Shown here: positions 21,113 to 30,646 of the stretch, piece by piece
Numbering within the stretch: position 1 is the first letter of the stretch
Layout: the number at the start of each line of letters is the position of its first letter
Translations under genes and position numbers: made by a program
Notes under the pieces: generated by a model
The model's database searches: none
Told to the model about the DNA's origin: nothing
Seen by the model: only the letters and a program-made list of their open reading frames with translations
NCBI GenBank assembly: GCA_965250285.1
Contig: OZ252299.1
Coordinates: 2,016,001 to 2,080,000 of the forward strand
Direction of reading: 5' to 3'
DNA from: Myxococcota bacterium
Lineage (GTDB): Bacteria > Myxococcota_A > UBA9160 > UBA4427
DNA length: 64,000 nucleotides

Positions 21113-22003
21113 ATGAGCGACACCCAGAGCCCGCCCGTCCTGCTCGGCACCGACCTGCCGAGCGTCGACGTCTGGTCCGACCGCGTGACGGTGGCCCTCG
21201 GTCAGAACCCGAGCGCATTCACTGGGCCCGGCACGAACACCTACCTCGTCGGCCGCGGCGAGAAGCGGATCCTGATCGACACCGGCCAGGGCGTCGACGC
21301 GTATCTGCCCGTGCTCGACGAAGCGATGGAGCGCGCCGAATGCCGCGGCATCGAGCAGATCGTGCTGACCCACGGCCACCCCGATCACCTCGGCGGCCTG
21401 GCCCAGGTGCTCGATCACGTGGGCGAGGTGCCCGTGAAGAAGTGGCCGTGGCCCGAGGTCGACGTCGAGAGCCCGGTCACGATGGAGCCGCTGGGCGACG
21501 CGTGCCGGATCGAGACCGAGGGCGCCACGCTCACCGGGCTCCACACGCCGGGCCACTCCCCCGATCATCTGTGCTTCGTACTCGAGGAGGAGCGCAGCCT
21601 GTTCAGCGGCGACAACGTGCTGGGCGTCGGTACGACGGTGATCCCGGGCGGCAGCGGCGACCTCGGCCAGTACATGGCCTCACTCGATCGACTGCTCGGG
21701 GTCGAACCGACGCGGATCTATCCGGCCCACGGGCCCTGCATCGAAGACGGCACCGGCAAGGTGCGTCAGTACATCGCGCACCGCCTCGAGCGCGAGCGCG
21801 AGATCGTCGCAGCGATCGAGGGGGGCGCACATCGCGTGAGCGCGATGGTCGAGATCATCTACGCGGCCTACCCAAAAGAGCTGCACGCGCCGGCGGGCGC
21901 GTCGGTGAGCTCGCACCTGCTCAAGCTCGAGACCGAAGGCCGCGTGCGGCGCACGGGCGAAGCAGACGCGCCGCCGACGGCCGTCGACTGGACCCTCGTG
22001 TGA
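21113..22003 (+). CDS. Metallo-beta-lactamase-fold hydrolase (LACTB2-like)
   Basis: NPSAFTGPGTNTY, THGHPDH, TPGHSPDH, FSGD, IYPAHG. Confidence 0.9.
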   Translation: MSDTQSPPVLLGTDLPSVDVWSDRVTVALGQNPSAFTGPGTNTYLVGRGEKRILIDTGQGVDAYLPVLDEAMERAECRGIEQIVLTHGHPDHLGGLAQVLDHVGEVPVKKWPWPEVDVESPVTMEPLGDACRIETEGATLTGLHTPGHSPDHLCFVLEEERSLFSGDNVLGVGTTVIPGGSGDLGQYMASLDRLLGVEPTRIYPAHGPCIEDGTGKVRQYIAHRLEREREIVAAIEGGAHRVSAMVEIIYAAYPKELHAPAGASVSSHLLKLETEGRVRRTGEADAPPTAVDWTLV

Positions 22004-22027
22004 ACGCCGCGCCGTGACGGCGCATGC

Positions 22028-22468
22028 CTACCAGACCAGAGCGTCGACCGAGAACGAACCCGGGCCGATCAGAAAGAACACGGCGCAGATCGCCGCCAGG
22101 TTGATCGTGTACTCGGCGCCCTCGGGCTCGTTCGTGATCAGGTAGCCTGCGCCTTTGTGACCGAGCTTGGCGGCCACGATCATCGTACCCGCGAGCAGGA
22201 TGCACGCCGGCCGCGTCATGAAGCCGATCGCCAGCGCGAGGCCACCGAGCAGCTCGGTCAGCATCGCCATGTACGCCTGAATCGGCGCGAACGGAATACC
22301 GAGATCCTCGAGCCAGGCGATGTAGCCCTCCATGTTGCCGGTGCCGACGAGCCCCAGCTTGCCGAAGGCGTGCACCATGAAGCAGACGCCGATGAACACC
22401 CGGCCGAGCAGCATGGCGAGGTCGATCATCGACTCGGAGGTGCCGGTCATCAGCGTGGTCAGATCCAT
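22028..22468 (-). CDS. DoxX family membrane protein
   Basis: LLGRVFIG...HAFGK, ELLGG, G.EY, GPGSFSVD. Confidence 0.88.
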   Translation of the reverse strand: MDLTTLMTGTSESMIDLAMLLGRVFIGVCFMVHAFGKLGLVGTGNMEGYIAWLEDLGIPFAPIQAYMAMLTELLGGLALAIGFMTRPACILLAGTMIVAAKLGHKGAGYLITNEPEGAEYTINLAAICAVFFLIGPGSFSVDALVW

Positions 22469-22561
22469 GGGGGTCTCCTGCGTGGGGTGGGGGCGTCCAC
22501 ACGTGCGTCGACGCCGTCGAGCCCGCTGTGTACCAAAGCCGCTCGCTCGTCGCCCGTGGGC

Positions 22562-23548
22562 CTATTTCGCCTGTCCCGATTTCTTCTGGGTGTTCGGCGG
22601 CGGTTCTTCGTCCTCGGCCGAGTCGACCGCGATGCGCACCATGGTCCGAATCAGGGTGCTGCGCTGCGCGCCCCCGAGCAGGGTCTGGAGATCTTCGTAG
22701 AGCGAGGGGTCGTTCACGAGTAGACCGATCGTCCCCTCCCCCTGGTCGATCTTGCCGAGGATGCTGTTGAGGCGCGATCCCGCCATCAGCACCTGATTGA
22801 CGACGTCCTGATCACGCGGGCGCTCGTAGATCAGCGTGTGCAAGATGCCCTGCCCCTCGGCGATCTCGCGCATCACACTCTCCATCGCGACGAAGGTGCG
22901 CTCGAGGCTCTTCACGCCCTCGACGCCGAAATCCTCGTAGATCAGCTGGTGGATGAGCCCGTCGCCGTCGCGAATCTCGATCATCGACTCGCTCACGGCC
23001 TCGACGGCCTGCGCCACCTTCGCTCCGCCCTCGGCGTCAGCGAACTGTTCGACGGTCTCGTTCAGGTTCTCGGAGAGCTCGCGAAAGCTGTCGACGGCCG
23101 CGGTCACCTTCGCCATCGCCTGGTTCATGTTGACCGGCGTGAGCGTCGCGATCACCGCCCCGTCGCGCAGCACTGCGCCGGCTTCGCTGCCCACCGTGAG
23201 CTCGACGTAGCTGTCGCCCAACACACCGATCGTCCCGATGCTCGCGACCGAGTCGTCGCGAATGAAGTCCTGCACCGCCGTATCGATCGCGAGCGTCGCC
23301 AGCACGGGCGAACGATCGTCGCCCGGCGTGAAGCGGATCTCCTCGACCCGGCCCACGTTCTTGCCCGCCAGCCATACCGGCGCGCCCGCCTGCAGGCCCT
23401 GGACGTTCTCGAAGGGCGCCTGCAGCCGGTACTCCGACGCGAAGAGGCCACGGTCGGTCGTCAGCGACAGGATGCTGATCGCCAGCGCAACGAGAGCGAC
23501 GAGCACGAACGTGCCCACGCTCAGCGCCTGCTTGCCTTCACGCTCCAT
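22562..23548 (-). CDS. mlaD: MCE-domain protein MlaD
   Basis: VGTFVLVAL anchor, GLQAGAPVWLAGKNVGRV, GVLGDSYVEL, GEGTIGLLVND. Confidence 0.92.
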   Translation of the reverse strand: MEREGKQALSVGTFVLVALVALAISILSLTTDRGLFASEYRLQAPFENVQGLQAGAPVWLAGKNVGRVEEIRFTPGDDRSPVLATLAIDTAVQDFIRDDSVASIGTIGVLGDSYVELTVGSEAGAVLRDGAVIATLTPVNMNQAMAKVTAAVDSFRELSENLNETVEQFADAEGGAKVAQAVEAVSESMIEIRDGDGLIHQLIYEDFGVEGVKSLERTFVAMESVMREIAEGQGILHTLIYERPRDQDVVNQVLMAGSRLNSILGKIDQGEGTIGLLVNDPSLYEDLQTLLGGAQRSTLIRTMVRIAVDSAEDEEPPPNTQKKSGQAK

Positions 23549-24401
23549 CGTCCTCCTCCCCGGCGCCCGTCGCCGCCTCTTGTGCGTCGTCTTCGTCGCG
23601 CGTCATCCAGACCGAGTCGGCCTCCAGGCTACCGCCTCCGGCGAGGAAAGAGCGCACGACCGGATCGGGCGAGTGCCGGATCGCCTCGGCATCATCGCAG
23701 GCGACGAGCCGCCCCTCCTTCAGCAGTGCGACCCGATCCGAGATCGCGAAGCAGAGCTCGAGCTCGTGGGTCACGACGACCGACGTGACACCGAGCCGAT
23801 CGCGCAGCGACACGATCAGCTCGCCGATGCGCCGCGAGTTCGCCGGGTCGAGACCGGTCGTGGGCTCGTCGTAGAGGATCGCGCTCGGCTGCAGGGCGAT
23901 CGCGCGCGCGACCGCGACGCGTTTGCGCATCCCGCCCGAGAGCTCGGCCGGCATCATCGCCTCGATCCCGGCCAGGCCCACTGATTCGAGGGCCCAAGCC
24001 ACCCGCTCGTCGATCTCGCGCTCGCTCATGTCGAGGTGCTCGCGCAGCGGGTAGGCGACGTTCTCGAGCACCGAGAGCGAATCGAACAGGGCTCCGCCCT
24101 GGAACACGTAGCCATAGCGCCGGCGCAGCTCGACCCAGTCGCGCTCGGAGAGCCGCGTCACGTCCCGGCCCTCGACCCAGACCTCGCCCCGGTCGGCGCG
24201 CAGCAGCCCGATCATGTGCTTGAGCAGCACGCTCTTGCCCGTCCCCGACCCCCCGAGCAGCGTGATGATCTCGCCGGGCGCGATCGTGAGGTCGATGCCG
24301 CGCAGCACGTGATTGCGACCGAACGACTTCTCGACGCCGCGCAGGTCGAGAAAGGGCACCGTCGCCTCGCTCACCCGGGTCTGCTCCAATCCACTGGTCA
24401 C
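23538..24401 (-). CDS. mlaF: ABC ATPase MlaF
   Basis: GGSGTGKS, FQGGALFDSL, LSGGMRKR, YDEPTTGLDP. Confidence 0.93.
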   Translation of the reverse strand: MTSGLEQTRVSEATVPFLDLRGVEKSFGRNHVLRGIDLTIAPGEIITLLGGSGTGKSVLLKHMIGLLRADRGEVWVEGRDVTRLSERDWVELRRRYGYVFQGGALFDSLSVLENVAYPLREHLDMSEREIDERVAWALESVGLAGIEAMMPAELSGGMRKRVAVARAIALQPSAILYDEPTTGLDPANSRRIGELIVSLRDRLGVTSVVVTHELELCFAISDRVALLKEGRLVACDDAEAIRHSPDPVVRSFLAGGGSLEADSVWMTRDEDDAQEAATGAGEEDDGA

Positions 24402-24427
24402 GCCTGACCGCCCCTCGAGATCGACAC

Positions 24428-25228
24428 TCAGAACATCAGGATGATCTTGGTGAGGAAGAAATCCGACACCAGCACGGAGATCGACGCCACGACCACGGCG
24501 CGCGTCGTCGAGACCCCGACCCCGACCGTGCCGCCCCGCGTCCGCAGGCCCATGTGGCAGGCCACCATCGCGATCAGAAAACCGAAGACGAAGGTCTTCG
24601 CGAGCCCGTTCATCACGTTGGCCAGGCTGACCACCTTGATGATGCTCTGGTAGTAGAAGTTGGCGCCGATGCCGGCCTGCACGCTGATGAGCAGCCCTCC
24701 GAACATGCCGAGGATGTTCGCGATCGCCGTCAGCATCGGGAGCCCCAGCGTCGCGGCGAGCACGCGGGGCACAACGAGCTTCTGAACCGGGTCGGCCCCC
24801 ATCGCGCGGATCGCATCGACCTGCTCGGTGACCGCCATCGAGCCGAGCTCGGCGGTGATGCCTGCGCCGACGCGCCCCGACACCATGAGCGCGGTCAGCA
24901 CCGGCCCGAGCTCGAGCACGAAAGAGAGCCCCACGAAGCTACCGGTGTACGGCTTGGCCCCGAAGCGCGCGAGTGAATCGACGGTCTGCAGCGCGAGCAC
25001 CATGCCCGTGAAGAGCGCCGTAATGGCGACGATCGTGCTCGAGCGCACCACCACCGAGCTGAACTGGCGCAGCACGTCGAGCCACGGAAAGTGCCGGCGA
25101 CCGAACGCGCGAAACGTGTCGGCGACGAGGATCGAGAACTCACCGAGCTCGCGCACGACGCCAAGCAGCCGCTCGCCCAGATCGGCGACTGCCCCCCCGA
25201 CGTGCGGACTCGCCGGCGTGGCGCTCAA
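24428..25228 (-). CDS. mlaE: ABC permease MlaE
   Basis: ELGPVLTAL..SGRVGAGITAELGSM.VTEQVDA..MG.DP, GVGVSTTRAVV. Confidence 0.94.
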   Translation of the reverse strand: MSATPASPHVGGAVADLGERLLGVVRELGEFSILVADTFRAFGRRHFPWLDVLRQFSSVVVRSSTIVAITALFTGMVLALQTVDSLARFGAKPYTGSFVGLSFVLELGPVLTALMVSGRVGAGITAELGSMAVTEQVDAIRAMGADPVQKLVVPRVLAATLGLPMLTAIANILGMFGGLLISVQAGIGANFYYQSIIKVVSLANVMNGLAKTFVFGFLIAMVACHMGLRTRGGTVGVGVSTTRAVVVASISVLVSDFFLTKIILMF

Positions 25229-25872
25229 TCCGTGTCCCCTTCGTCCTGCACCGGGCTCGTCACCAGCTCGTCGACCGTATCGCCAGCGCCGTCCGCGTCA
25301 TGCGAGGCCGGCGGCTCGTCGGCCCCGCGCGCCCGCTCGAAGCTCGACCACCAGCGGTCGAAGGTGTCGACGCTCGCCTCGAACCTCGGCCCCGCGTGCC
25401 CGACGAGCACCCAGTCGTACACGCAGCCGCCGCCGACGACGGTGACCGTCTGGATGCGAATCGAATGGTCTTCACCGCCGGTGTCGACGACCTGCGCCCA
25501 GCCCGGGTCGCCTCGCAGCGCGACGGGATGCGCCGAGACGATGTCGTCGCGCGGCACCCCGATCAGCAGCTGACGTGCGAGCAGCGCAGGCTTGGCGCGG
25601 GTGCGCCGGCAGCTCGAAGCCAGGCTCATCGAGCGCCCGTCGTCGGTGCGCCAGGCGAGGTCGGTGTCATCGACCTTGACCTTTCGCCACTCGTCCGGCT
25701 CGGCGAAGCGCGGCGCATCGATCGCGTAGCCGAGATCCTTGCTGCGGTAGCGACCATCGCTGCCGAGCTTCAGCCCCGAGCTCGCACAGGCGGCGAGCCC
25801 GAGCGCGGCGAGGAGGACCGCGCCCCCGCCGACCACGACGCCCCGGACCCTGTCGACACGGAACGGCTTCAT
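25225..25872 (-). CDS. Hypothetical lipoprotein, first gene of the mla operon
   Basis: MKPFR...LLAALGLAAC lipobox; its stop overlaps the mlaE TTG start. Confidence 0.7.
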   Translation of the reverse strand: MKPFRVDRVRGVVVGGGAVLLAALGLAACASSGLKLGSDGRYRSKDLGYAIDAPRFAEPDEWRKVKVDDTDLAWRTDDGRSMSLASSCRRTRAKPALLARQLLIGVPRDDIVSAHPVALRGDPGWAQVVDTGGEDHSIRIQTVTVVGGGCVYDWVLVGHAGPRFEASVDTFDRWWSSFERARGADEPPASHDADGAGDTVDELVTSPVQDEGDTD

Positions 25873-26048
25873 CCGGGTCACTCTACCCCATCGCCGGGCC
25901 CGGCCCGGAGGGTGCGCAGAGCGCGATGACGCATCCGGGATGGGGCACGGGTGACTCATTGAATCCGGCCGGCGGCTGAGAGACCGTTCTCACTCACCAC
26001 GAGCACCGACGCGGCCCACGCGTCGACCCGAGCGGAGGCTGGAGCAAC

Positions 26049-26720
26049 ATGATCATGAGCCGCAGGTCGAACCACCCCACCGCAGCCCGAGTGCTGGTCG
26101 CGCTCTGGCTCTCGCTGAGCGCTGCAGCCCCTGCGCTCGCAGCGCCGATCACCTACGAGTTGACGGCGACGGTCTACCAAGCGGCCGGCGACGTCCCTGC
26201 GTCGATTGCGCCTGGAACCACGCTGACGGCGACCGTGTCGTGGGATCCCTCCACGGCGATCGAGACCGATCCACCCGGGGCAGACGGTCGGGCACGCTAC
26301 GAGTGGCTTCCTGCGGCGTCGGGCGCGTCGATCGCTCTCGAGATCGCCGGATTCTCGGCCGTCTCGGACGGCGCGCAGACCGCCTTCGTCAACATCGTCT
26401 CTCCCACGTTCGGATCCGGATCTTGTTGTGATCTCTTGCAGTTCGGGGTGTCTTCGATCGGCACGGGCCTCGGGATCACCAACCTCGAGCTGCTGTTGAA
26501 AGATGGCGACGCGAACGCACTCAGCTCACTCGCACTGCCCACGAGTCTCGACCTCAGCGACTGGGACGATCCCGGTTTCAACTTCGTGATCCTGGATGGC
26601 GGCGTCGGCGCCGTGTTGAGCGAGATCGACACGCTCACGCTGATCCCCGAGCCGTCGACGGGCCTCCTGGTCGGTCTCGGCCTCGCCGCGCTGGCGCGTC
26701 ACGGTCGCAGACGGACCTGA
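26049..26720 (+). CDS. PEP-CTERM sorting domain protein
   Basis: Signal peptide (..PALA/APITY) and C-terminal IPEPSTGLLVGLGLAALARHGRRRT. Confidence 0.9.
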   Translation: MIMSRRSNHPTAARVLVALWLSLSAAAPALAAPITYELTATVYQAAGDVPASIAPGTTLTATVSWDPSTAIETDPPGADGRARYEWLPAASGASIALEIAGFSAVSDGAQTAFVNIVSPTFGSGSCCDLLQFGVSSIGTGLGITNLELLLKDGDANALSSLALPTSLDLSDWDDPGFNFVILDGGVGAVLSEIDTLTLIPEPSTGLLVGLGLAALARHGRRRT

Positions 26721-26863
26721 AACAGCCGCAGACCTCGCGTCGACGTCGTCCAGCGGCCGGACGCCCGCGACGAGCGCGTCCTGGCGCATGCAGGCAGCGA
26801 GAAGGTCCCGAGCAGCGCGACGCCTTGACCGGGTCGACACGCTGGCCGATAACCCGGCGTGTC

Positions 26864-27484
26864 ATGCCGACCCCGAACCGTGCCACCCCGCCCCCGCTCG
26901 TCCTCGCGAGCGGCTCGCCGCGCCGACGCGATCTGCTCGGCCGCGCCGGGATCGACTTCGAGGTGATCCCGGCCGACATCGACGAGATCGAGATGCCCGG
27001 CGAGAAGCCCGCCGAGATGGTCGAGCGCCTCGCGCGCGAGAAGGCCCTCGCCGTGGCGGCCCGCCTCGACCCGGCCGACGGGCGCCCTGTCCTCGCCGCC
27101 GACACCATCGTGGTGCTGGGCGACCAGAAGCTCGGCAAGCCGCGCGATCGGGCCCACGCCGTCGAGCTGGTCTCGAGCCTCGTCGGCCGAACGCATCAGG
27201 TCGCAACCGGCGTGGCGCTCGCGCGCACGGTCGACCGCGCGATCCTGGTCGATGCGTTCCACGTGTTCACGTCGGTGCGCATGCGCGGCGCCGACCGAGG
27301 CGAAGTCGAAGCCTATGTCGAAACGGGTGAGTCCCTCGACAAGGCCGGCGGCTACGCCTTGCAGGGCGAGGGACGGCGCTTCGTCGAAGCCGTCGAGGGC
27401 AGTGACACGAACGTGATCGGGCTGCCGATGGACGAGACCCTCGCCCTGCTCGCCCGCCTGACCGACATCGAGGTGGGGCCGTGA
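26864..27484 (+). CDS. maf: Maf family nucleotide pyrophosphatase
   Basis: LVLASGSPRRRDLL, AADTIV, GKP, DKAGGYALQG, NVIGLP. Confidence 0.94.
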   Translation: MPTPNRATPPPLVLASGSPRRRDLLGRAGIDFEVIPADIDEIEMPGEKPAEMVERLAREKALAVAARLDPADGRPVLAADTIVVLGDQKLGKPRDRAHAVELVSSLVGRTHQVATGVALARTVDRAILVDAFHVFTSVRMRGADRGEVEAYVETGESLDKAGGYALQGEGRRFVEAVEGSDTNVIGLPMDETLALLARLTDIEVGP

Positions 27485-28236
27485 GCGCGGCCCTCGATCC
27501 GACCGTCGCCGCCGATGTCGCCGATCGCGTCGCTCGTCTGCGCACGCGCATCGCCGAAGCCGCTGCACGGGCGGGCCGCGACCCGAGCCGAATCACCCTC
27601 GTCGGCGCCGCCAAGCGCCAGCCGATCGAGCGGGTCGCCGCCGCCGTCGCCGCGGGGGTCACCGACCTCGGCCACAACTACGTGCAGGAGGCCCGCGACA
27701 TGGGCCGCGACCTCGCGTCCCGCCTCGCCGCGCTGCACCCGGACGGCGACGCGCCCACCGTGCGGTGGCGGATGATCGGCCATCTCCAGCGCAACAAGGC
27801 CGGCGCCGCCGTCGAATGCTTCGAAGCCGTCGATGCAGTCGACTCGGCCAAGCTCGCGCGCGCGCTCGATCGCCGCGCGGGCGAGACCGGGCGCACGCTC
27901 GAGCTGGGCATCCAGGTGAATCTGACCGGCGAGACACAGAAGTCGGGGCTGCCCGAGGCCGACGTGCCCGCCCTGCTCGGCGCCTGTGCCGCTCTCGAGC
28001 ACGTGCGGGTCACCTCGTTGATGACCATGCCGGCCGCTTCGGAGCACGCCGAGGATGCACGCCCGGTCTTCGCGCAGCTGCGCGCCCTGCGCGATGCGCT
28101 GCGCAACGAGCCGGGCGGCGAAGCACTCGCAGGCCTGTCCATGGGCATGAGCGGCGACTTCGAGATCGCCATCGAGGAGGGCGCTACGCTGGTTCGCGTG
28201 GGCACCGCGCTCTTTGGTGACCGTGCCCCGCGCTGA
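27481..28236 (+). CDS. yggS: PLP homeostasis protein YggS
   Basis: NYVQE, IGHLQRNK, QVN..E..KSG, LSMGMSGDFEIAIEEGATLVRVGTALFG. Confidence 0.95.
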   Translation: MSAALDPTVAADVADRVARLRTRIAEAAARAGRDPSRITLVGAAKRQPIERVAAAVAAGVTDLGHNYVQEARDMGRDLASRLAALHPDGDAPTVRWRMIGHLQRNKAGAAVECFEAVDAVDSAKLARALDRRAGETGRTLELGIQVNLTGETQKSGLPEADVPALLGACAALEHVRVTSLMTMPAASEHAEDARPVFAQLRALRDALRNEPGGEALAGLSMGMSGDFEIAIEEGATLVRVGTALFGDRAPR

Positions 28237-28287
28237 GCCGCGCGTTCGCCTGCCCCACATCGGCTGCCCCGCCGACCAGGAGATCTC

Positions 28288-29133
28288 ATGTCGGAAACGC
28301 CCGAAGCCCTGTCTGCGCTCGGCGAACGCCGCGTCGGCTTCATCGGCTGTGGCGCCATGGCCCAGGCCTTGGCGGGCGGCCTCATCGCGGCGGGGCTCGA
28401 GCCCGGCCGCCTGATGGGCGCCGACCCGGTGGCCGCGCAGCGCGACCAGTGGACCAAGAACCTCGCCGTCGAGGCCGTCGACGACGCCGAGTTCCTGCTC
28501 GGGGCCTGCGACATCGTCGTGCTGTGCGTGAAGCCGGGCATCGTTCCGACGGTGCTGGCGAGCGTGCACGAAGAGGCCGATGCGACGAAGCCGTTGTGGG
28601 TGTCGATCGCGGCCGGCGTGCCGATCGCCTCGATGACCGGCGGCCTGCCGGCGGGCGCGCGGGTCATCCGAACGATGCCCAATACGCCCGCGCTCGTCGG
28701 GGCCGGCGCGACCGCGCTCTGCGCCGGGCCGGGGGTCGACGGCGACGAGCTGGCCGCGGCCGAAACGCTCTTCGGTGCCGTCGGCGAAACGTGGATCTGC
28801 CCCGACGAAGCGCTGCTCGACGCAGTCACCGGTTTGTCGGGCAGCGGCCCGGCCTACGTGTTCCTGGTGCTCGAGGCCCTGGGCGATGCGGGCGTGCGAC
28901 AGGGCCTGCCCCGCGAAGCCGCGTATCGGCTGGCGTTCCAGACCGTGTACGGGGCGGCGAAGCTCGCCCTCGAGAGCGGTCTGCACCCGGGCGCGCTGAA
29001 AGATCAGGTCACTTCGCCGGGCGGCACCACGATCGCCGGGCTCGAGCGGCTCGAAGCCGGCGGGGTGCGCGCCGCGCTCCACGACGCCGTCGCCGCGGCG
29101 ACGGCACGCAGCAAGGAGCTCGGCGGCGACTGA
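28288..29133 (+). CDS. proC: Pyrroline-5-carboxylate reductase
   Basis: GFIGCGAMA, RTMPNTP, SGSGPAY, VTSPGGTT. Confidence 0.97.
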   Translation: MSETPEALSALGERRVGFIGCGAMAQALAGGLIAAGLEPGRLMGADPVAAQRDQWTKNLAVEAVDDAEFLLGACDIVVLCVKPGIVPTVLASVHEEADATKPLWVSIAAGVPIASMTGGLPAGARVIRTMPNTPALVGAGATALCAGPGVDGDELAAAETLFGAVGETWICPDEALLDAVTGLSGSGPAYVFLVLEALGDAGVRQGLPREAAYRLAFQTVYGAAKLALESGLHPGALKDQVTSPGGTTIAGLERLEAGGVRAALHDAVAAATARSKELGGD

Positions 29134-29333
29134 GGCCGAGCGGCCTGGGCGTGCCCCGGGTCACGCGCCCTCGATCTCGACGCCTCACCCGGCCGCCCCG
29201 CCGGCCTGAGCAGCCGCAGACGCCCCAGCTCAAGGGGGCCTCGAATTCTGCCGATGAGTTGCCCATGCGCCGATGCGCCGGGGGGCCCCGCTCGCCCGCC
29301 CGTGCCTGGTCGCGCGCCACGGGAGAGCTCACC

Positions 29334-29894
29334 ATGCGCATGACGCCCCTCGAGATTCACACCCACAAGTTCGGCCGCCGCTTCTCGGGGCTCGATGCCG
29401 AAGAGGTCGAGGCCTTCCTGCGAATGGTCGCCGAGGACTACGAGTCGGTGCTGCTCGAGAACGAGTCGTTCAAGGACCGCATCCACCGCCTCGAGGACGA
29501 GATCACGCGCCTCTCCGACCAGGAGAAGCTCCTGAAGGAGACCCTGCTCTCGGCCCAGTGCATGACCGAGGAGATGCGCCAGACCGCCGTCCGCGAGAGC
29601 GAGGTGCTGATCGGTGAGGCCGAGGTGCGGGCCGAGAAGATCATCGACGCCGCTCATCGTCGCGCCCATCAGATCGCCGAGTCGATTCGCGAGCTGAAGG
29701 GGCTGCGGGGCGGCATCGCCCAGGGCCTGCGCACCGCGATCCAGACCCACCTCGAGCTCATCGAGCGACTCGAAGCCTCGGGCGCCGACGACGGCGAGGG
29801 CATCGTCGATGGTCTCGTCGACGGCAAGGTCGCCGTGCTGACCGCGGGCCAGGCCGCGCCCAAGGCGGTGGGTGGCGGCGCGAAGTCCGACTGA
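29334..29894 (+). CDS. divIVA: DivIVA domain protein
   Basis: [24 protein letters not shown] followed by a coiled coil. Confidence 0.9.
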   Translation: MRMTPLEIHTHKFGRRFSGLDAEEVEAFLRMVAEDYESVLLENESFKDRIHRLEDEITRLSDQEKLLKETLLSAQCMTEEMRQTAVRESEVLIGEAEVRAEKIIDAAHRRAHQIAESIRELKGLRGGIAQGLRTAIQTHLELIERLEASGADDGEGIVDGLVDGKVAVLTAGQAAPKAVGGGAKSD

Positions 29895-30196
29895 GCCCGG
29901 CCCCCCTCGAAAACAAGCCCGACCGCCCCGCGCAAGCAGCGGGTGCGCCGCTGCGTGTCGACCGCCCCCCGATTCGAAACTGGCTGGCGAGTGGGCTACA
30001 CCCTGCCCGCGTTCGGGCCAAGGCCGCACCTGCCCGCGGGGCAAGTCGACCTCGGGCAGGCCCGAACCCGATCCCGAACTCAGTGGCCATCGCCGGCCGC
30101 GTGCGCCTCGGCCGCGCGACGTCGCGAGGCCGGGCGCATCCAACACCACCGCCGCGCGACCCTTCGCCCGAGCGCCACAGCCAGGACGATCCGTCG

Positions 30197-30535
30197 ATGC
30201 CCATCTACGAGTACGAGTGCGACAAGTGCGGGCACGCGTTCGAGCGCGAGCAGCGCATGAGCGACCCGCCGGTCAAGACCTGCCCGCAATGCGGAAGCCG
30301 CCGCGTCCAGAAGCTGATCAGCCAGACCAGCTTCGTCTTGAAGGGGGGCGGCTGGTACGCCGACGGCTACAGCGACTCGAAGAGCAGCTCGAAGGACGAC
30401 GCATCGAGCAGCAGCGACAGCTCGAGCTCGTCCAGCAGCTCGAAGTCGGAGAGCAGCTCGGGCGGGAGCGACTCGTCGGGCAAGGGCAAGGGCAAGTCGA
30501 AGGGGAAGTCGAAGGGCAAGAAGAGCGCCGCCTGA
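30197..30535 (+). CDS. FmdB family zinc-ribbon protein with Ser/Lys-rich tail
   Basis: [13 protein letters not shown]...CPQCG...FVLKGGGWY. Confidence 0.93.
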   Translation: MPIYEYECDKCGHAFEREQRMSDPPVKTCPQCGSRRVQKLISQTSFVLKGGGWYADGYSDSKSSSKDDASSSSDSSSSSSSSKSESSSGGSDSSGKGKGKSKGKSKGKKSAA

Positions 30536-30608
30536 GCCCGCAGCGGCGCACCCCCTTCTCCGATCACCGCGCAGCGTGCACCCGAACGATCGTCGCCGCG
30601 CACCGCGC

Positions 30609-30617
30609 TGGTATACT
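30609..30617 (+). promoter_or_regulatory. Putative extended -10 promoter element for folD-gcvT-gcvH
   Basis: TGGTATACT about 30 nt before the folD start. Confidence 0.45.
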
Positions 30618-30646
30618 GCCGGCTCCTTGCCCATGGGAGCCGCCGC

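Noticed and set aside
25977..25992. TGAGA-N6-TCTCA palindrome upstream of the mla operon as a KstR box
   Set aside because: It lacks the AAC half-site.
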